64,000 nt of DNA from the human T2T-CHM13v2.0 reference genome, Homo sapiens. Positions 50,921 to 64,000 of the stretch are shown one piece after another. The DNA is taken from the NCBI RefSeq assembly GCF_009914755.1, contig NC_060936.1; one strand, given 5' to 3'. Numbering within the stretch: the first letter of the stretch is position 1; every line of letters starts with the position of its first letter. The notes beneath the pieces were generated by a model. That model was not told where the DNA came from. It made no database searches and saw nothing but the letters and a program-made list of their open reading frames with translations. The translations under genes and the position numbers were made by a program.

Positions 50921-53900
50921 TCTAGGTGTCCTTCTAGGGGCCCTATATTTGGATGAAGATACCTGGTTTCTCTGGTCTTGAATCTGGGCCAGCCATATTC
51001 TTGTGTACTTCTTGAGTGCTCTGTCAGGCCTAGTAGATCATTCCTTGGAACTCTACTGAAAATCAGCCTACTAGTCAGCAATGGTGCTGTTGCTCTGGGC
51101 ACAACTGCTGTATCTAGAAAATATCTGCAGTTGTTATCTGAGAGCAAAATCTCAGAAAAACCTAAGGATGAGAAGGGATGGAACACTTTGAACAGTTGTT
51201 CATCAGTGATGTTGGCATTTCAAAGATTCACAGTAGAAGACTCACTGTGCCTCTTAGGAACCTGGGAAAAGCCCCTTGGAGGCTACTTGGTGTACAGGTA
51301 GCCCCCCTTTATGCTGCTTGCCAGCACAAGTGATTGTTAGCCCAGGTAACAAAGTAAAAGTTTGGAAACGAATAACAGCAGCCACTTATAGGACATACTT
51401 TGTGGTAGCCACGCTGTTGGTTGTGCACATGGAGCTGAGATACTCCTCAGGGTCACATCGGAGCCAATCTTGTGATACCTGTTACCCCAGCTGTTATCCT
51501 GGTCACAATGAAAGTGTATTCATTCTGGGAGGTCAGCCAACCCTGTCCTACGCACAGCACCTACTACTCATGATACAAATGTGGTATTAGGTCATCACGC
51601 TTTGGAAGCTGTGTCCCACCCTCCACCCATCCTGTCCACAGAAAAAAATGTGATTATAAACATGTCCCTTTATTTCTTCCTGTCTGCTTGTTTCTCTGTT
51701 CATGTTGTTTATCCACTTCATTTCTTCATTTAAGCAGTGTTTGTTGAGCACTTAGTATGAGTAATAAAACCGTATTCATGGTGTGCTTTACCAGGTACAT
51801 TGAAACAATATTCCTTCGTCCTCACATCAGTCCTGGAGTGGAAGAAATCTAGGATTGTGTGACTTGTTTAAGGTCACAAAGCTAATAAATAACCTGTATC
51901 ACTATTTGAACACTCTGGTCTTCTGGCTCCAGATTTATTGCTTTTTCACTTGTAACATGGCTATTTCCCAAGGCACACACTAGATTTTATCATGAATGAA
52001 AGACACAATCTTTGTGAGGCATAATATATGAAAGCATGTAGCATACTTCCTGGCCTATAGTTTATACTTCCTACTCTGTTAAGAAGGTATATAATAGAAT
52101 TGAAGTATTCTTTGATGAACTTGAAATATTTTGAAATATTTTTTATATTCTTGTCCCAATTTTATATGTAACTTGCACAAACTAATCTCCCCAAAAGTAA
52201 TTTACAAATTTCTGACTAAATTCTGTATTCTACTTCTGTGGTGGCATAAAAAATTTTTTCTTAAATCAATTTCATTGAGGCAGATTTGCATTCAGTAAAA
52301 TTCAGGTGTTAGATAGACAGTGTGATGAGTTTGGCAGTTTGCAAACACCTGTAACCACTACTCCCTTCAAGACACAGATCATTTCCATCCTCCTAGAAAT
52401 ATCTTTGTGTCCCTTTATAGTCGCCTCCACTCAGCTCACCTGCTGTCCCCGCTGCAACCACTTTTCTACTTTTATCACCATGCTTAGCTTTGCCAGTATT
52501 AGAACATTATCTAATCACATAGTGTGAACTCTTGGGTGCTTTGTTTTTGGTTTGTTTTGCCCTCACTAAAAATAAGAGATAAGAGATCTTAAGGAGTTTG
52601 CCTAGAAGTATTTCACTGTGTAAGTATACTGAGTTGCTAAAATTGTTGGCATAATGTTGTTTATAATATGTTCTTCCATTCTGATATCTGTGGGATCTGT
52701 AGTTATATCTCTTTCTTTATTCTTGATATTGGTCATTTTTGTTTCCTTTCCTGTTGTTGTTTTTGCTTTTCTTTCCTCCTCTGCTTGTTCATGCTAGGGC
52801 TTTGCCAATTTTATTAATCTTTTCAGAGAGCCAAGTTTTTATTTTGTTGTTTTTTTTTCATTACTTTTCAGTGAAAGTTATTTTCTAATTTCCCTTGTGA
52901 TCTCTTTTGTTATTTAGAGTGCTATTTACAATGAGATATTTACTTTCCAAATATTTTGTGCTTTTATGGATATCCTATTGTTGCTTTATAATTTAAGATT
53001 TTGTTATCCTCAGAGAGTATCCATTGTAAGAATCTTTTGTCTTTTGGAATTAACAGTTATTTTGTAGCTCATTTTATGGTTGTATTTAGTTATATGCTTC
53101 AAGTGCACTTAAAAGAATGTGTATTTCAGATGTTAGAGCAAATGTCAGATCGAATTGGTTGATAATGTTTTTCAGATCTAGTTTTGTTTTCTTTTTGGTC
53201 TACTGGTTCTGTTTATTACTAAGAGAGTGTTAAAGTCTCCAAACATGATTGTGGATTTGTCTGGTTATCCCTTTCGTCTGTCAGTTTTTTCATCATGTAT
53301 TTTGGAGCTCTCTTATGTATATATACCTTTAGGATTTTTATGTTTACCTGTTGAAGTAGCACATTTGTCATTATGAAACGTCCCTTTTTATCTCTGATAC
53401 TAGTCCTTGTCTGAATGTCTACTAATGATGTTCATCTGGCCACACCAGCTTTCTTGTGTTTAATACTTGCATGGTATATATTTTTTTCCATCTTTTTATT
53501 TTCAACCCATCTGTGGCTATATATTTAAAATGTATCTCTTGTAGGCATTTCTTTTCTAATCTATTATGACAGTTTCTACTTTTTAGAGTGTTTTATTCAT
53601 TTACATTTCATGTAATTGATATAGTAGGAGTTAAGTCTGTCATCTTGCAAACTTTTTCCTGTTTGTTTGAATCTATTTTTGGTTCCTCTTTTCTTGCAAC
53701 CTTTTGGGTTCATTAGCTATCTTGTAACATTTTGTATCTTCTGTTGGCTTTTTATCTACAGACTCTTTGCACAAAATTTTTAAGTGGTTGCTCTAACAAT
53801 GTGCATCCTTAATTTTTCACAGTCTACTTGGAATTAATGTTGTTTCACTATACATGTCACAAATGGAAGAACCTTACAACAGTTTAATTTACATCCTCAT

Positions 53901-54478
53901 TGGTTCTTTGAGTTATTTTAATGTTCTTTTCTATATATATTACAAACCTCTTACTACAATGATACGAATTTTTAACAGTCACTTGTCTTTTGAGGACATT
54001 AACAAAGAAAAAACTAAGATAAGCTAGTATTTTATGTTTTCCCTAAATGTATCACTTTAGTCTTTATTTCTTCCTATAAATATGAGTTTCCATCTTGTAT
54101 AATTCAGTCTGGGAAACTTCCCTGGGTATTTTTTGCAGTACAGGTCTGCTGATGATGAGTTCTTTCTGGTTTTATTCGTCTGAAAATGTCTTTATTTCAC
54201 CCCCATGTTCTAAGGATAGTTTGCTGAATATAGAGTTCTGGGTTGAGCATTTTCTTGTTTCAGCCTTTAAATAAGTCATTCCATTTCTTGGAATCCCATT
54301 TCTTCTTGTTTCCTTGTATGTAATATCTTATCTTACTCTAGCTATGGTCAATCAATATTTTCCTTTTGTCTTTTTTGTTTTCCCAGTAATTTGACCACAA
54401 CCGACCTAAGTATGGTTTTCTTTGTATTTATCCTGAACTTTTCTGAGCTGCTTGGATTTGGAGGTTGATGTTTTCTAA

Positions 54479-54819
<341 letters not shown>

Positions 54820-55008
54820 TAAAACCATATTTTTAAATGCATCTTCTACCCCATTCTATTGGTCTTTCCTTCTCGGACCCCAAGTACATGAGTGTTAGAC
54901 TATTTGATATTATCCTATAGGTTACTGAGGTCCTGTTTGTTTTATTTTTAATCTTCTTTTCTCCTCTGTTCTCCTGATTGGTTACATGGATCTTTATTCA
55001 AGTTCTTT

Positions 55009-56586
55009 TGTCACAGGATCTTTAGGGTGTCGCTTTGCCAGTCAGAAACCTCCGTGCACTTCTGCTTGAGTTTTGCTCCTGGTTGCTGGACTTGTTCCAC
55101 CCACTTGGCCCGGCAGGCTGCACTTGGCTCACACTGCTGGCCTGGGTCGCACAGCTGCCAAGGGCAAGCCAGGCGCGGAGTGGCAAGGGATGTGTGAGTG
55201 AGTGCACGCGGGGTCCAGCCACTGTGCACAGCCAGGCACATCAGCTGCGGCAGGGTGGGCAGCTCCAGGTGCAGACTCCATGCGAGGCTGTGGCTGGACC
55301 AGACGTACCACAAGCAGCTTCTGCTGTGGGCACCAGCATCTGGACAAGGGGAACACATGGTGCCCAAAAACTTGGAGACACCAGGAACCACAGAGCCCCA
55401 AAGAGGGTGTTACAGCATGTCACAGGCCTAGCTGGGGGAGCCCTGAGTTCTGGGCTCCCAGAAGGGCCGCAGCTCCTTCTTCCTTCTCGTTACCTGCAAT
55501 GTGGTGAGTCGGGGGCATGTTTTAGCCCTGTTTGTGTTACAGCTCTTTCAGTCCCGCCATTTGGTGGGTCCTGAGTTCTTGTCCTGTGTCCAGGAAGAAA
55601 GAAGTACTTGGACAACTGGAGGGTGAGCAAGGCACAGAGGAGCTTCATTAAGCAACAGAACAGCTGTCAGGAGACCCAAAGCAAGTAGCTCCTTTCTGCA
55701 GGCAGGTCATCCCAACAAGTGTCCAGCTCTCAGTAGAGAGGAGACCTGTAGTGGGTAGCTCCTTTTTGCAGGCAGGTCGTCCCTGTGAGTGTGTGAGTCT
55801 GACTGAGTCTGAGGTTTTTATATGCTCAGAATGAAGGAAGTGCATGCTGATTGGTCCATGGGCGGCCATGGATGGGCCTGGAAAAAGCACCATCGGATTG
55901 CCTGAATGGTCATCAATGAAGTTCTCACTCCAGGCTGCGGCCTTCACTCAGACCTGGCAGCCTGGTTCCCAGGCTTCAGGCCATCCCTGGCATGAAGGTG
56001 GGGCTTCACCAGGGACCCATCCCTTCCTGCCTAGGAACCTGTCTGCCTCCCACCACCATCATCATGTTGTCCACGGCACCCAGGCTATTCACACTGAGGG
56101 GCGCCTGCAGACCCACACCAAGCTGCCCTCAGCCCCTTGGCCTTTCTCCTATGCTTGTTGTCGCCCAAAGTCCAGAGGGGGCCAAGGCGGTGGGAGGCTG
56201 GCGTGTCAGCGCTGCCCTGAATGTGTGCACACTCAGCCAGATTGCGGCAGCATCCAGGCTCAGCCACAGCTTTGCTCCGCAGTGGAGAAGGCTCCAGGAG
56301 TAGGGAGAGGCCAGGGAGTGGGACCAGGTACTTCTGAGCCTGCAGGGGTAGAGGGCTTCCCAGGCTTCTAAGAGCACAGGAATGCCTGGGTCTGGAGATG
56401 TGGCTTGTTGGATGCAGCTGCCCCTGGGAGCACAGGGCTCCTGCCCTACCAACATGGTAGAGGGTGGAGCTCCCACCTGTTCCCAGACCTCACCAGCTCC
56501 ACGGAGTGTGCAGCCCTAGCCACGCCTCCCCCGCTGCAACTGGCATCCCCACGGTGGCTGCTCCAGACAGGCCACTGCTGCCATCA
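55009..56586 (-). mobile_element. MER52-family solo LTR (ERV1)
   Basis: GC-rich 1578-bp block. Minus strand runs TGATGGCAGCAGTGGCC...GCGACACCCTAAAGATCCTGTGACA. 4-bp TSD cttt (55005-55008 / 56587-56590). Explains the ORF cluster at 55011-56623. Confidence 0.85.
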
Positions 56587-57707
56587 CTTTGATCCTTATT
56601 TTCTATTTCAAATTGGCTTTTAAGCCTATCCAGTGAAATGTATGCTGCTGTACATTTTTAGTTTAGAATTTCCATTTGATTCTTTTTTATAATTTTTATT
56701 TCTCTACTGACATGTCCCCACTTTTTCACTGGTTGAGATCATATTTTCCTTTAAGTACTTGAGTATATTTGTAATAGCTGATTTAAAGCCTTATGTGCTA
56801 ATTTGTACAGCTGGGTTATTTCAAGGGTCTGTATTTTGAGCTTTTAATTTTTTAGTGCCTGAGTTTTATTGTTATTTATAGCAGGAGGGCGAGTCTGGTG
56901 ACATTCTGTTATGTCTGTTATTCTTCTCTGTTTTTGTTTTCCCATTAATTTAGAATCAGAATCTCAAAGGGAAACCATTTGTCATTACATTCATAACAAT
57001 TTATTTTATAATTTTTGTAGCCATTTAGATTATGGTCAAAAAGAAATTCTTTGGAGACCAGGTAGAGATATCTAACTATGTTAGTCTGGTCTTACACATC
57101 ATTGTAAGTAAAATTGTGTTAAACAACTTTGGTCAACTAAATGTTAGTAGTCTAAACTGTAAGGATTATTGGTTTAATCTTGTTTAGAAATCTTTCAAAA
57201 TGTTTTAGAGCAAGGAACACAGTCAGAAGACCAGAACTCTTGTTCTGTCTTGCATATTTTGTGACCTTGAACAAATAAATTAATCTGGTTATCAATTCAA
57301 ATGCAGCAAGGTATGTGAGTGCATCATAAACTGTAAATAAAGTACTTTGCAAGTTATTGAAAAATATTAGTATACCTTCCTTCTCCATCCTACGTCAATA
57401 AGAAAGGAAACATAATGAAATCTTTTTTTTTCTATACTCTTTCAAGGCATTATTTAGAGCATAACCCTTCAAAACCATTTGGTGTAGCTGTAGGGGAGAC
57501 AAATGACATTGAGCTGGATTTCTTTCTGTACTGATTCCAAAGCTTACTATATTAGCAGAATTGTTCAATGAATCTTATATTTGAACTTACTTTGCTAACA
57601 CTTGCCTCTGTATTCAAAAAGAAAGGTACAAAAGAATGATTAATTGAGAATCACAATTAGATGTGGTCTAGTTAATGATATGTTTGTGGTACGCTACTTT
57701 CCATGTT

Positions 57708-58720
57708 CTTTTTTGTTTTGTTTTGTTTTTAGTTTTATTTTTAACTTTTAAGTTCAGGGGTACAAGTACAGGTTTGTTACATAGGTGAACTTGTGTCATG
57801 GGGTTTTGTTGTACAGATTATTTCCTTACCCAGATGTTAATCTGAGTATCCATTTGTCGTTTTTTCTGATCCTCTTCCTCCTTCCACCCTCCAAACTCCA
57901 AAAGACCCCAGTGTCTGTTATTCTCCTTGATGTGTCTATGTGTTGTCATCATTTAGCTCCCACTTATAAGTGAGAGCATTTGGTATTTGGTTTTCTGTTC
58001 CCGTGTTAGTTTGCTAAGGATAATGGCCTCCAGCTCCATCCATGTCCCTGCAAAGGATATGATCTCATTCTTTTTTTATGGCTGGATAGTAGTCCATGGT
58101 GCATATATATACACCACATTTTATTTATCCAGTCTATCATTGATGGACATTTAGATTGATTCCATGTCTTTGCTGTTGTGAGTATTGCTGCGATGAACAT
58201 ATGCATACATGTGTCTTTACAATAGAATGATTTATATCCCTTTGGGTGTATACACAGTAATGGGATTCCTGGGTCGAAAGGTATTTCTGTCTTTAGATCT
58301 TTGAGGAATCGCCATATTGTTTTCCATGATGGCTGAACTAATTTACACTCCCACCAACAGTGTAAAATAGGTCCTTTTTCTCCACAACCTCGCCAGCATT
58401 TGTTATTTTTTGACTTCTTAATTTTATCCATTCTGATTGGTGTGAGATGGTATCTCATTGTGGTTTTGATTTGCGTTTCTCTAATAATCAGTGATGTTGA
58501 ACTTTTTCTCATGATTGTTGGCCACATGTATGTCTTCTTTTGAAAAGTGCCTGTTCATATCCTTTGCCCACTTTTTAATGGGGTTGTTTGCTTTTTCTTG
58601 TAAATTTGTTTAAGTTCCTTAGAGATGCTGGAAGTTAGACCTTTTTTGGATGCATAGTTTGCAAAAATGTTCTCCCATTCTGTAGGTTGTCTGTTTATTC
58701 TGTTGATAGTTTCTTTTTTA
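57708..58720 (-). mobile_element. 5'-truncated older L1PA (L1PA13-16-like)
   Basis: L1 3'UTR plus ORF2 C-terminal ORF 58006..58527 (TTMRYHLTP...[10 protein letters not shown]). TSD core ccatgtt. Confidence 0.85.
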
Positions 58721-61700
58721 GCCATGTTTATGTAACAGTTCTTTTAAATTTTTTATTTTGGATGCCATAGCAGCAACATCAGCTCTTCAGACATGTATCC
58801 AAATAAAAATCTTTTAACTGACAGTCACTTAATCAGCAGCTGTAATTATCCAGAACCAAGGCAGGAACCAGAAACAAATAAAAGCATTTTAAATAGATGA
58901 AAAATATATAATCGAATCTATCATACAACAACAATGTCATAATAGCTCAAGTTTTTTGAGCATTTACTATGAGTTGGACAGTGTTTCGATGATCTATGCA
59001 CATTTACATTTAATCTTCACAGCAACCCTATGAAGTAGGTACTCTTACATGATACAATTAGAATATTAGTCAGAAAGATCTTTTTGCTTTTGTTCTATAT
59101 GGTCATTATTGATGTTTGGAAACATTCCAGGTACTTCTGTCTTTGTTTTACCAGTTCCTCTCTCTGTTATAGCTTTGTCCCCACTCCTTGGCCATTTTAA
59201 AAGATTTAAATAAAATTTCTGTACTCTGTCAAACCTCCTATTGATTATGCAAAGGCAGAATTAATTGATCATGCTGTTATACTCTTAGGACAGTTGCAAA
59301 TACCAGTAGCATTTGTAACATAGTATCAGCATCAACTGTTTTACCTGTTAGATTTTTTTTTTTTTTTCAAAACTGTGCTCTTCCCTGGGCTAAGGACCAC
59401 ACCTTCCTTAACTTTATTCCTCTGCGATTACTATCAAACCTGGCATATAGTAGAGCCTAAGAATATATTTCCATATACACCAATGAATGAGTGAAAGAGA
59501 GAAAAAAGATAGAGATAAGGAAAAGTGAAAAGAAGCAAAAAGAAATTTGAAAATTTAGATGCCTCTTTCCAGATGTGCCAAAATCTTGTAGAATTTGAAC
59601 ATGTTATTTTAGAGGGCAACTCTTATTTTAGTTGAACAAAAAGAGAGACAATTTATATTTTAACAAGGATATTGTATTTCTAAAGCAATGTAAGGTATGA
59701 CAAGGATATTAATGATCTGTAAGAATGTGGAGATGGATCTGGAGGCAAGGAAGAACCAGGGAGAACTTTTTGCTTTGGTTTTGGGGTTGAAGAAAAATTG
59801 ATCTTCCATGTACATTAGTGGAAATGTGGTAAGGGAAGTACAAATACAGGAGGAACTAAAGTAGGAGCAAACAATTTGAAGGGAGTATAATCAGAGAAGA
59901 AAAAAGAGAGCTATACTTTTTTCCTTGAACAATCCAAGAACAAGATGATAGGACATAAGATAGGGAAACATACTTACAGAAAAGAGAAGTGTAAAGCAGG
60001 TCAATCTACTGCTAAGGGATTTCAGCCCAGCAAATGCACACATTAAGAATAATGCCAGAATGTAGAAAAGTGGCTTTATCTTTCAGTAGCGGTGGACTGT
60101 TCGCACACACTCAACAGTTAACAAGCTCCGCTCTGAAGTTATTCTAGACCTTATCTTTGGAAATAATGCAGGCATGATAAATAAGGTTGGAGTAGAAAAG
60201 CACTAAAGATGCAATCATAATGTCATCAGGTTTGAATTGCCGATGAAGATCTGTGGGAAGAGTACTAACACAAAAATATGGGGCTTGAGAAAAGCAGACC
60301 TTGAAGGAATACAAAATGAGTTTTGAACTTGGCTGGAATTTTGCAACGTGTAGAAAATGAAACATGAAAAAGGTAGAATCCAGGGGAGGGAACATTCAAA
60401 ATTCAACCCAATAAGATCAAAGTAATACAGAAACAATGAGAGGAAGCGGAGAAATAAGAGAATATAGGGGAAGCCATCAAAAAATAAAATAAAGGGGAAA
60501 AGTAGTGGGAAACGCTATGACTGAATGAAACCAAAACACTAAAAAAATGTGGTGATTAATAGGAAATTAGTATCTAAGATTTTAAAAAATATATTTTTGA
60601 AAATTTAAATATGCATCAAATAGTAAAGTAAATGACAATGTCGATTTATTTTTCTAAAGATTGTCACAAGTTACATGGAATCCCTCCTCTTAGGCTGCAA
60701 GTCTTTGTATACTCAAGGAGTATTGATCCAGATGGCACATCTAGACTCCTGTGGTGTTGTGGCCTTTTTTTTTTTTTTTTAAAAAAAATAAGATCTTGCC
60801 TTTCATAGGAAAAAGCATTTAATTTATGAAAAGGTATGCTACAACTGAAACTTCATCACTGGGGAAAGCATAAGACCATAGTTTGTATTGGGTTAAGAGA
60901 TAAAAGATTTAAAGTGTACATTTATTTACAGTTCCTTAAACTAGCCCTGGAAATTAGACTACTTATAGGGTGAAAACTAATTAACTTGCTGTCTCATCCA
61001 TGGAATAGATTTAAATTCAGGTCCCCAAGCAAAAATTTTATAAAGTTTACCCCCACCTGGCCCCTCGCTATCCTTTGTTGAGTGGAAAACACAGAGCTCT
61101 GTAGAGAAAAGAAGTTATCGTATTTTCTGGCTTCCCAGCAATGCAGGAACTACTGATGGTGTATTTTGGTACATGCATATCCTTTTAAAGAAAAGGTTGA
61201 GTATATGACAGACATTTAAACATAAAATGTTTTCTTTGTTTCTTCATGGTTGGGCTTCTGTGAAGAAAGAAAAAGAGAGAAAAGAAAAAGCTTAGTTTTT
61301 TATGTGGCATATTTTCTGGTCTGTGTAAAATTTTATTGTCTGAAATTGTGAAAAATGTAGCCCAACATATTCCAAAATCACAGAACTGCTTCTTGCAGAC
61401 CTAACTTGCCTAGAAAAATTCACAGGTGCAAAGACTGGTACATAGTAAATGCCTAGTACATGCTTGCTGATAGATTCAGGTATCACACATATGAGTACAG
61501 TGGCATCAATGATATATCTGTAATCAACTTGTATAGAAACCAATTTTTAAATAAAGCTGTATTTCCCCTTTAAACATTAAGGGATTTTATTTTCTAAGTG
61601 AAATTCTGGCACATGACATAGAGGCTAGACCTGTGTTCATGTGTCTGAGATTCTGTTATTCCTTTATCTGTAATTCCTAGCATATTAACTCTTGGTTATT

Positions 61701-61733
61701 TATTCCTTAATATCTGTGCCACGTGGTTACTGA

Positions 61734-62037
<304 letters not shown>

Positions 62038-63420
62038 AGAAAATTCTTAAAATGGTGGGAAATTGGAATCCTTGAATGGATCCCTCAGTATATTGTACCA
62101 GGTAGATGCTTGATTATGCATATTTATTGAATGAATAAATGAAAAAAGAGTAATAAATCATGTGAAGTTGGTAGTTTATAAATTCTTTCTGCAGTAATCC
62201 CAAGAGGGAGGGAGGGAGGAGAGGTATCTTATTATCATCTTTTAGTAGATGAAAACCTGAAGCTCAGAAGTTAAGTGAATAGACCAAGGCCACACACTGA
62301 GTAAGTGGCAGAATTTTCTGAAGGACTTTTGACTCTAAACTCCATGCTTTTATTAATGCACAACCCTGCTCTCTATCCTGCAATTGATCTGTATATCAGA
62401 TAATATTTATAAGCTGTGTTTAACTTTTGGAGGCACAGATGTTTCTAGAGGCCCTGAATGAGATTGTATGTTGCACTTTACTTTTCTGTTGAGGGCAAGA
62501 AAAGGAAGACATAATGGCAAGGTGTTTCTATAGAGAGGCAAGGTGTTTGCAGAAATTTATAGGAGTTGGTGAACATGAAATCAATATAAAAGAGAAAAAT
62601 GACAGCAAGCCCGGGGCCACCTGCCTATGATTGGCCCACAGTAACTCCTTGTTGAAAAGAAAAGGTAGGGTGCCCAGAGCTAAAAGATCTCTTCTCAGGC
62701 TGCTTCCACTGTTATTTGTGTTTAGCTACTCTGTTGATGTCCCTGTAGTGATGCACTTAGAAAATTAACCAGGGTTGTGATACAACTGCCACTTGAGTTC
62801 TGTACTTTTCTTCCAGACTCTCTTACCTAGGGTGCCCAGAGAACAGCTAGGGAGTGACAAGAAAAGCAGATCTTTCTGTTTTCCACCTGATGGAGGAGTA
62901 GGAGAGATGTTAAAGCTGAAGGCAGTCTGAAAATGAAGGAATAGAGTAGGGAGGATGGAGGGGTATGGGAGAATGGAAGTGGTATCAGAATATTTAGAGG
63001 GAAGTCACAGCACAGGATGAGATAAATTGAACCCTTCTCATGAAGAGTGGTTGGAAAGAAAGTGGACATCTAATTAGGAGGAGGAAAATCCTTGGGGTTG
63101 TAATATTATGTTCAAATACTTGGAAGATTTTCCTGATAAAGGAAGATTTTTCTCTGTTAACTCAAAGTAGTAGGACTAGGACCAACTTTTAGACATTGTG
63201 GGAAGATGGCTTTTGAGCTAGTTATTATAGGAAGAATTTCGTCAGTGTCTGAATCACCTGGAAATTGGGTGCGCCACATCAGGAGGTAGGAGACGTTCGA
63301 GGCACAGGCTGAGTGAGCCTGATGGAGCTACACTAAGACAGACTCAGCAAACATTAGAGATGCCTTCTCTTTCAGAGTTAATGTGATTCTATGCAGAAGA
63401 GAAAATTATTTCATATGCAG

Positions 63421-63468
63421 ACACAGACACACACACAGAGCATGTGTGTGTGTGTGTGTGTGTGTGTG
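63421..63468. repeat. (CA)n followed by (TG)13 microsatellite
   Basis: Read directly from the sequence. Confidence 0.9.
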
Positions 63469-63538
63469 TAATTTAAGAGTAGATTACAATCCAGTATACA
63501 CAGGGCCCCAAAATATAGAAAACATGGGAAAAGAGGAG

Positions 63539-63980
63539 TGTATTAGTTTCTTGGGCTCGCTGTAACAGAGTACCGCAAATTAGATGGCCTTAAGCAACAG
63601 AAATGTGTTCTTAAGGTTCTGGAGGCCAGAAGCCCGCAGTCAGGGTGTCAGCAGGCTTATGCTCCCTCTGAAACCTGTAGGCAAGCCCTTCTTGCTTATT
63701 CTGGCTTCTGGTGTTTGCCAGCAATGCTTGACATACCTTGGCTTCACTCCAGTCTCTGCCTCTGTCACTAGATGGCTGTCTTCCCTCTGTGTGTCTCTGT
63801 CTGTGTCTCTTCTCCTCTTCTTATAAGGAAACCAGTAATGTAATGGCCCACCTTACTCAGTATGACCTTATCTTAACTAATGACATCTTCAGTGGCCCTC
63901 TTTCCAAATAAGGTCTCTTCCTGAGGTATTGAGGGGTGAGATTTTGACATCTATTTTTTGGGGGAAACAATTCAAAGCAA
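63539..63980 (-). mobile_element. MLT1B/C-like LTR
   Basis: Runs tgtattagtttc...ggttctggaggccagaag...tttccaaataaggtc...gggggaaacaattcaa. Confidence 0.85.
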
Positions 63981-64000
63981 AGAGAAATAGGATTCTTGCT

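Noticed and set aside
55011-56623. Dense cluster of 60-179 aa ORFs on both strands
   Set aside because: Entirely within the GC-rich MER52 LTR, where stop codons are scarce. No recognisable protein.
59995-60140. Short CpG-containing non-repeat patch in A-rich DNA, considered as ncRNA or cryptic exon
   Set aside because: No recognisable RNA family motifs or paired splice sites. It cannot be supported without conservation data.

Overview
Primate (most likely human) genomic DNA, AT-rich and repeat-dense. The window lies inside the DERA gene (2-deoxyribose-5-phosphate aldolase, + strand). Five internal coding exons are visible (24199-24296, 25451-25598, 27091-27186, 30077-30211, 49591-49719; exons 2-6 by recalled numbering, about aa 11-213), all with GT-AG boundaries. 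Exon 1 and exons 7 onward fall outside the window. Intron 1 holds a full-length but dead L1PA (10945-17110, minus, 16-bp TSD) that keeps an open ORF0 and the ZNF93-type 5'UTR segment, plus a MER41A solo LTR. Intron 5 holds an antisense processed pseudogene of EGLN3/PHD3 (about 37800-40089) with a nested Alu, and an LTR8. Intron 6 holds a MER52 LTR. Sixteen Alus and many older L1M/L2/MIR/MLT1/MER fragments are present. Almost all ORFs in the supplied track come from repeats. I found no new multi-gene system. The most unusual signals are small: three apparent templated insertions within about 9 kb of intron 5, an L1 ORF0 that could splice in frame into DERA, stop-free circularisable DERA exon blocks flanked by inverted Alus, a CpG-rich compound pentanucleotide repeat in an Alu tail, and a near-perfect 75-bp tandem duplication. 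Family and subfamily names come from remembered consensus sequences, not from a search.
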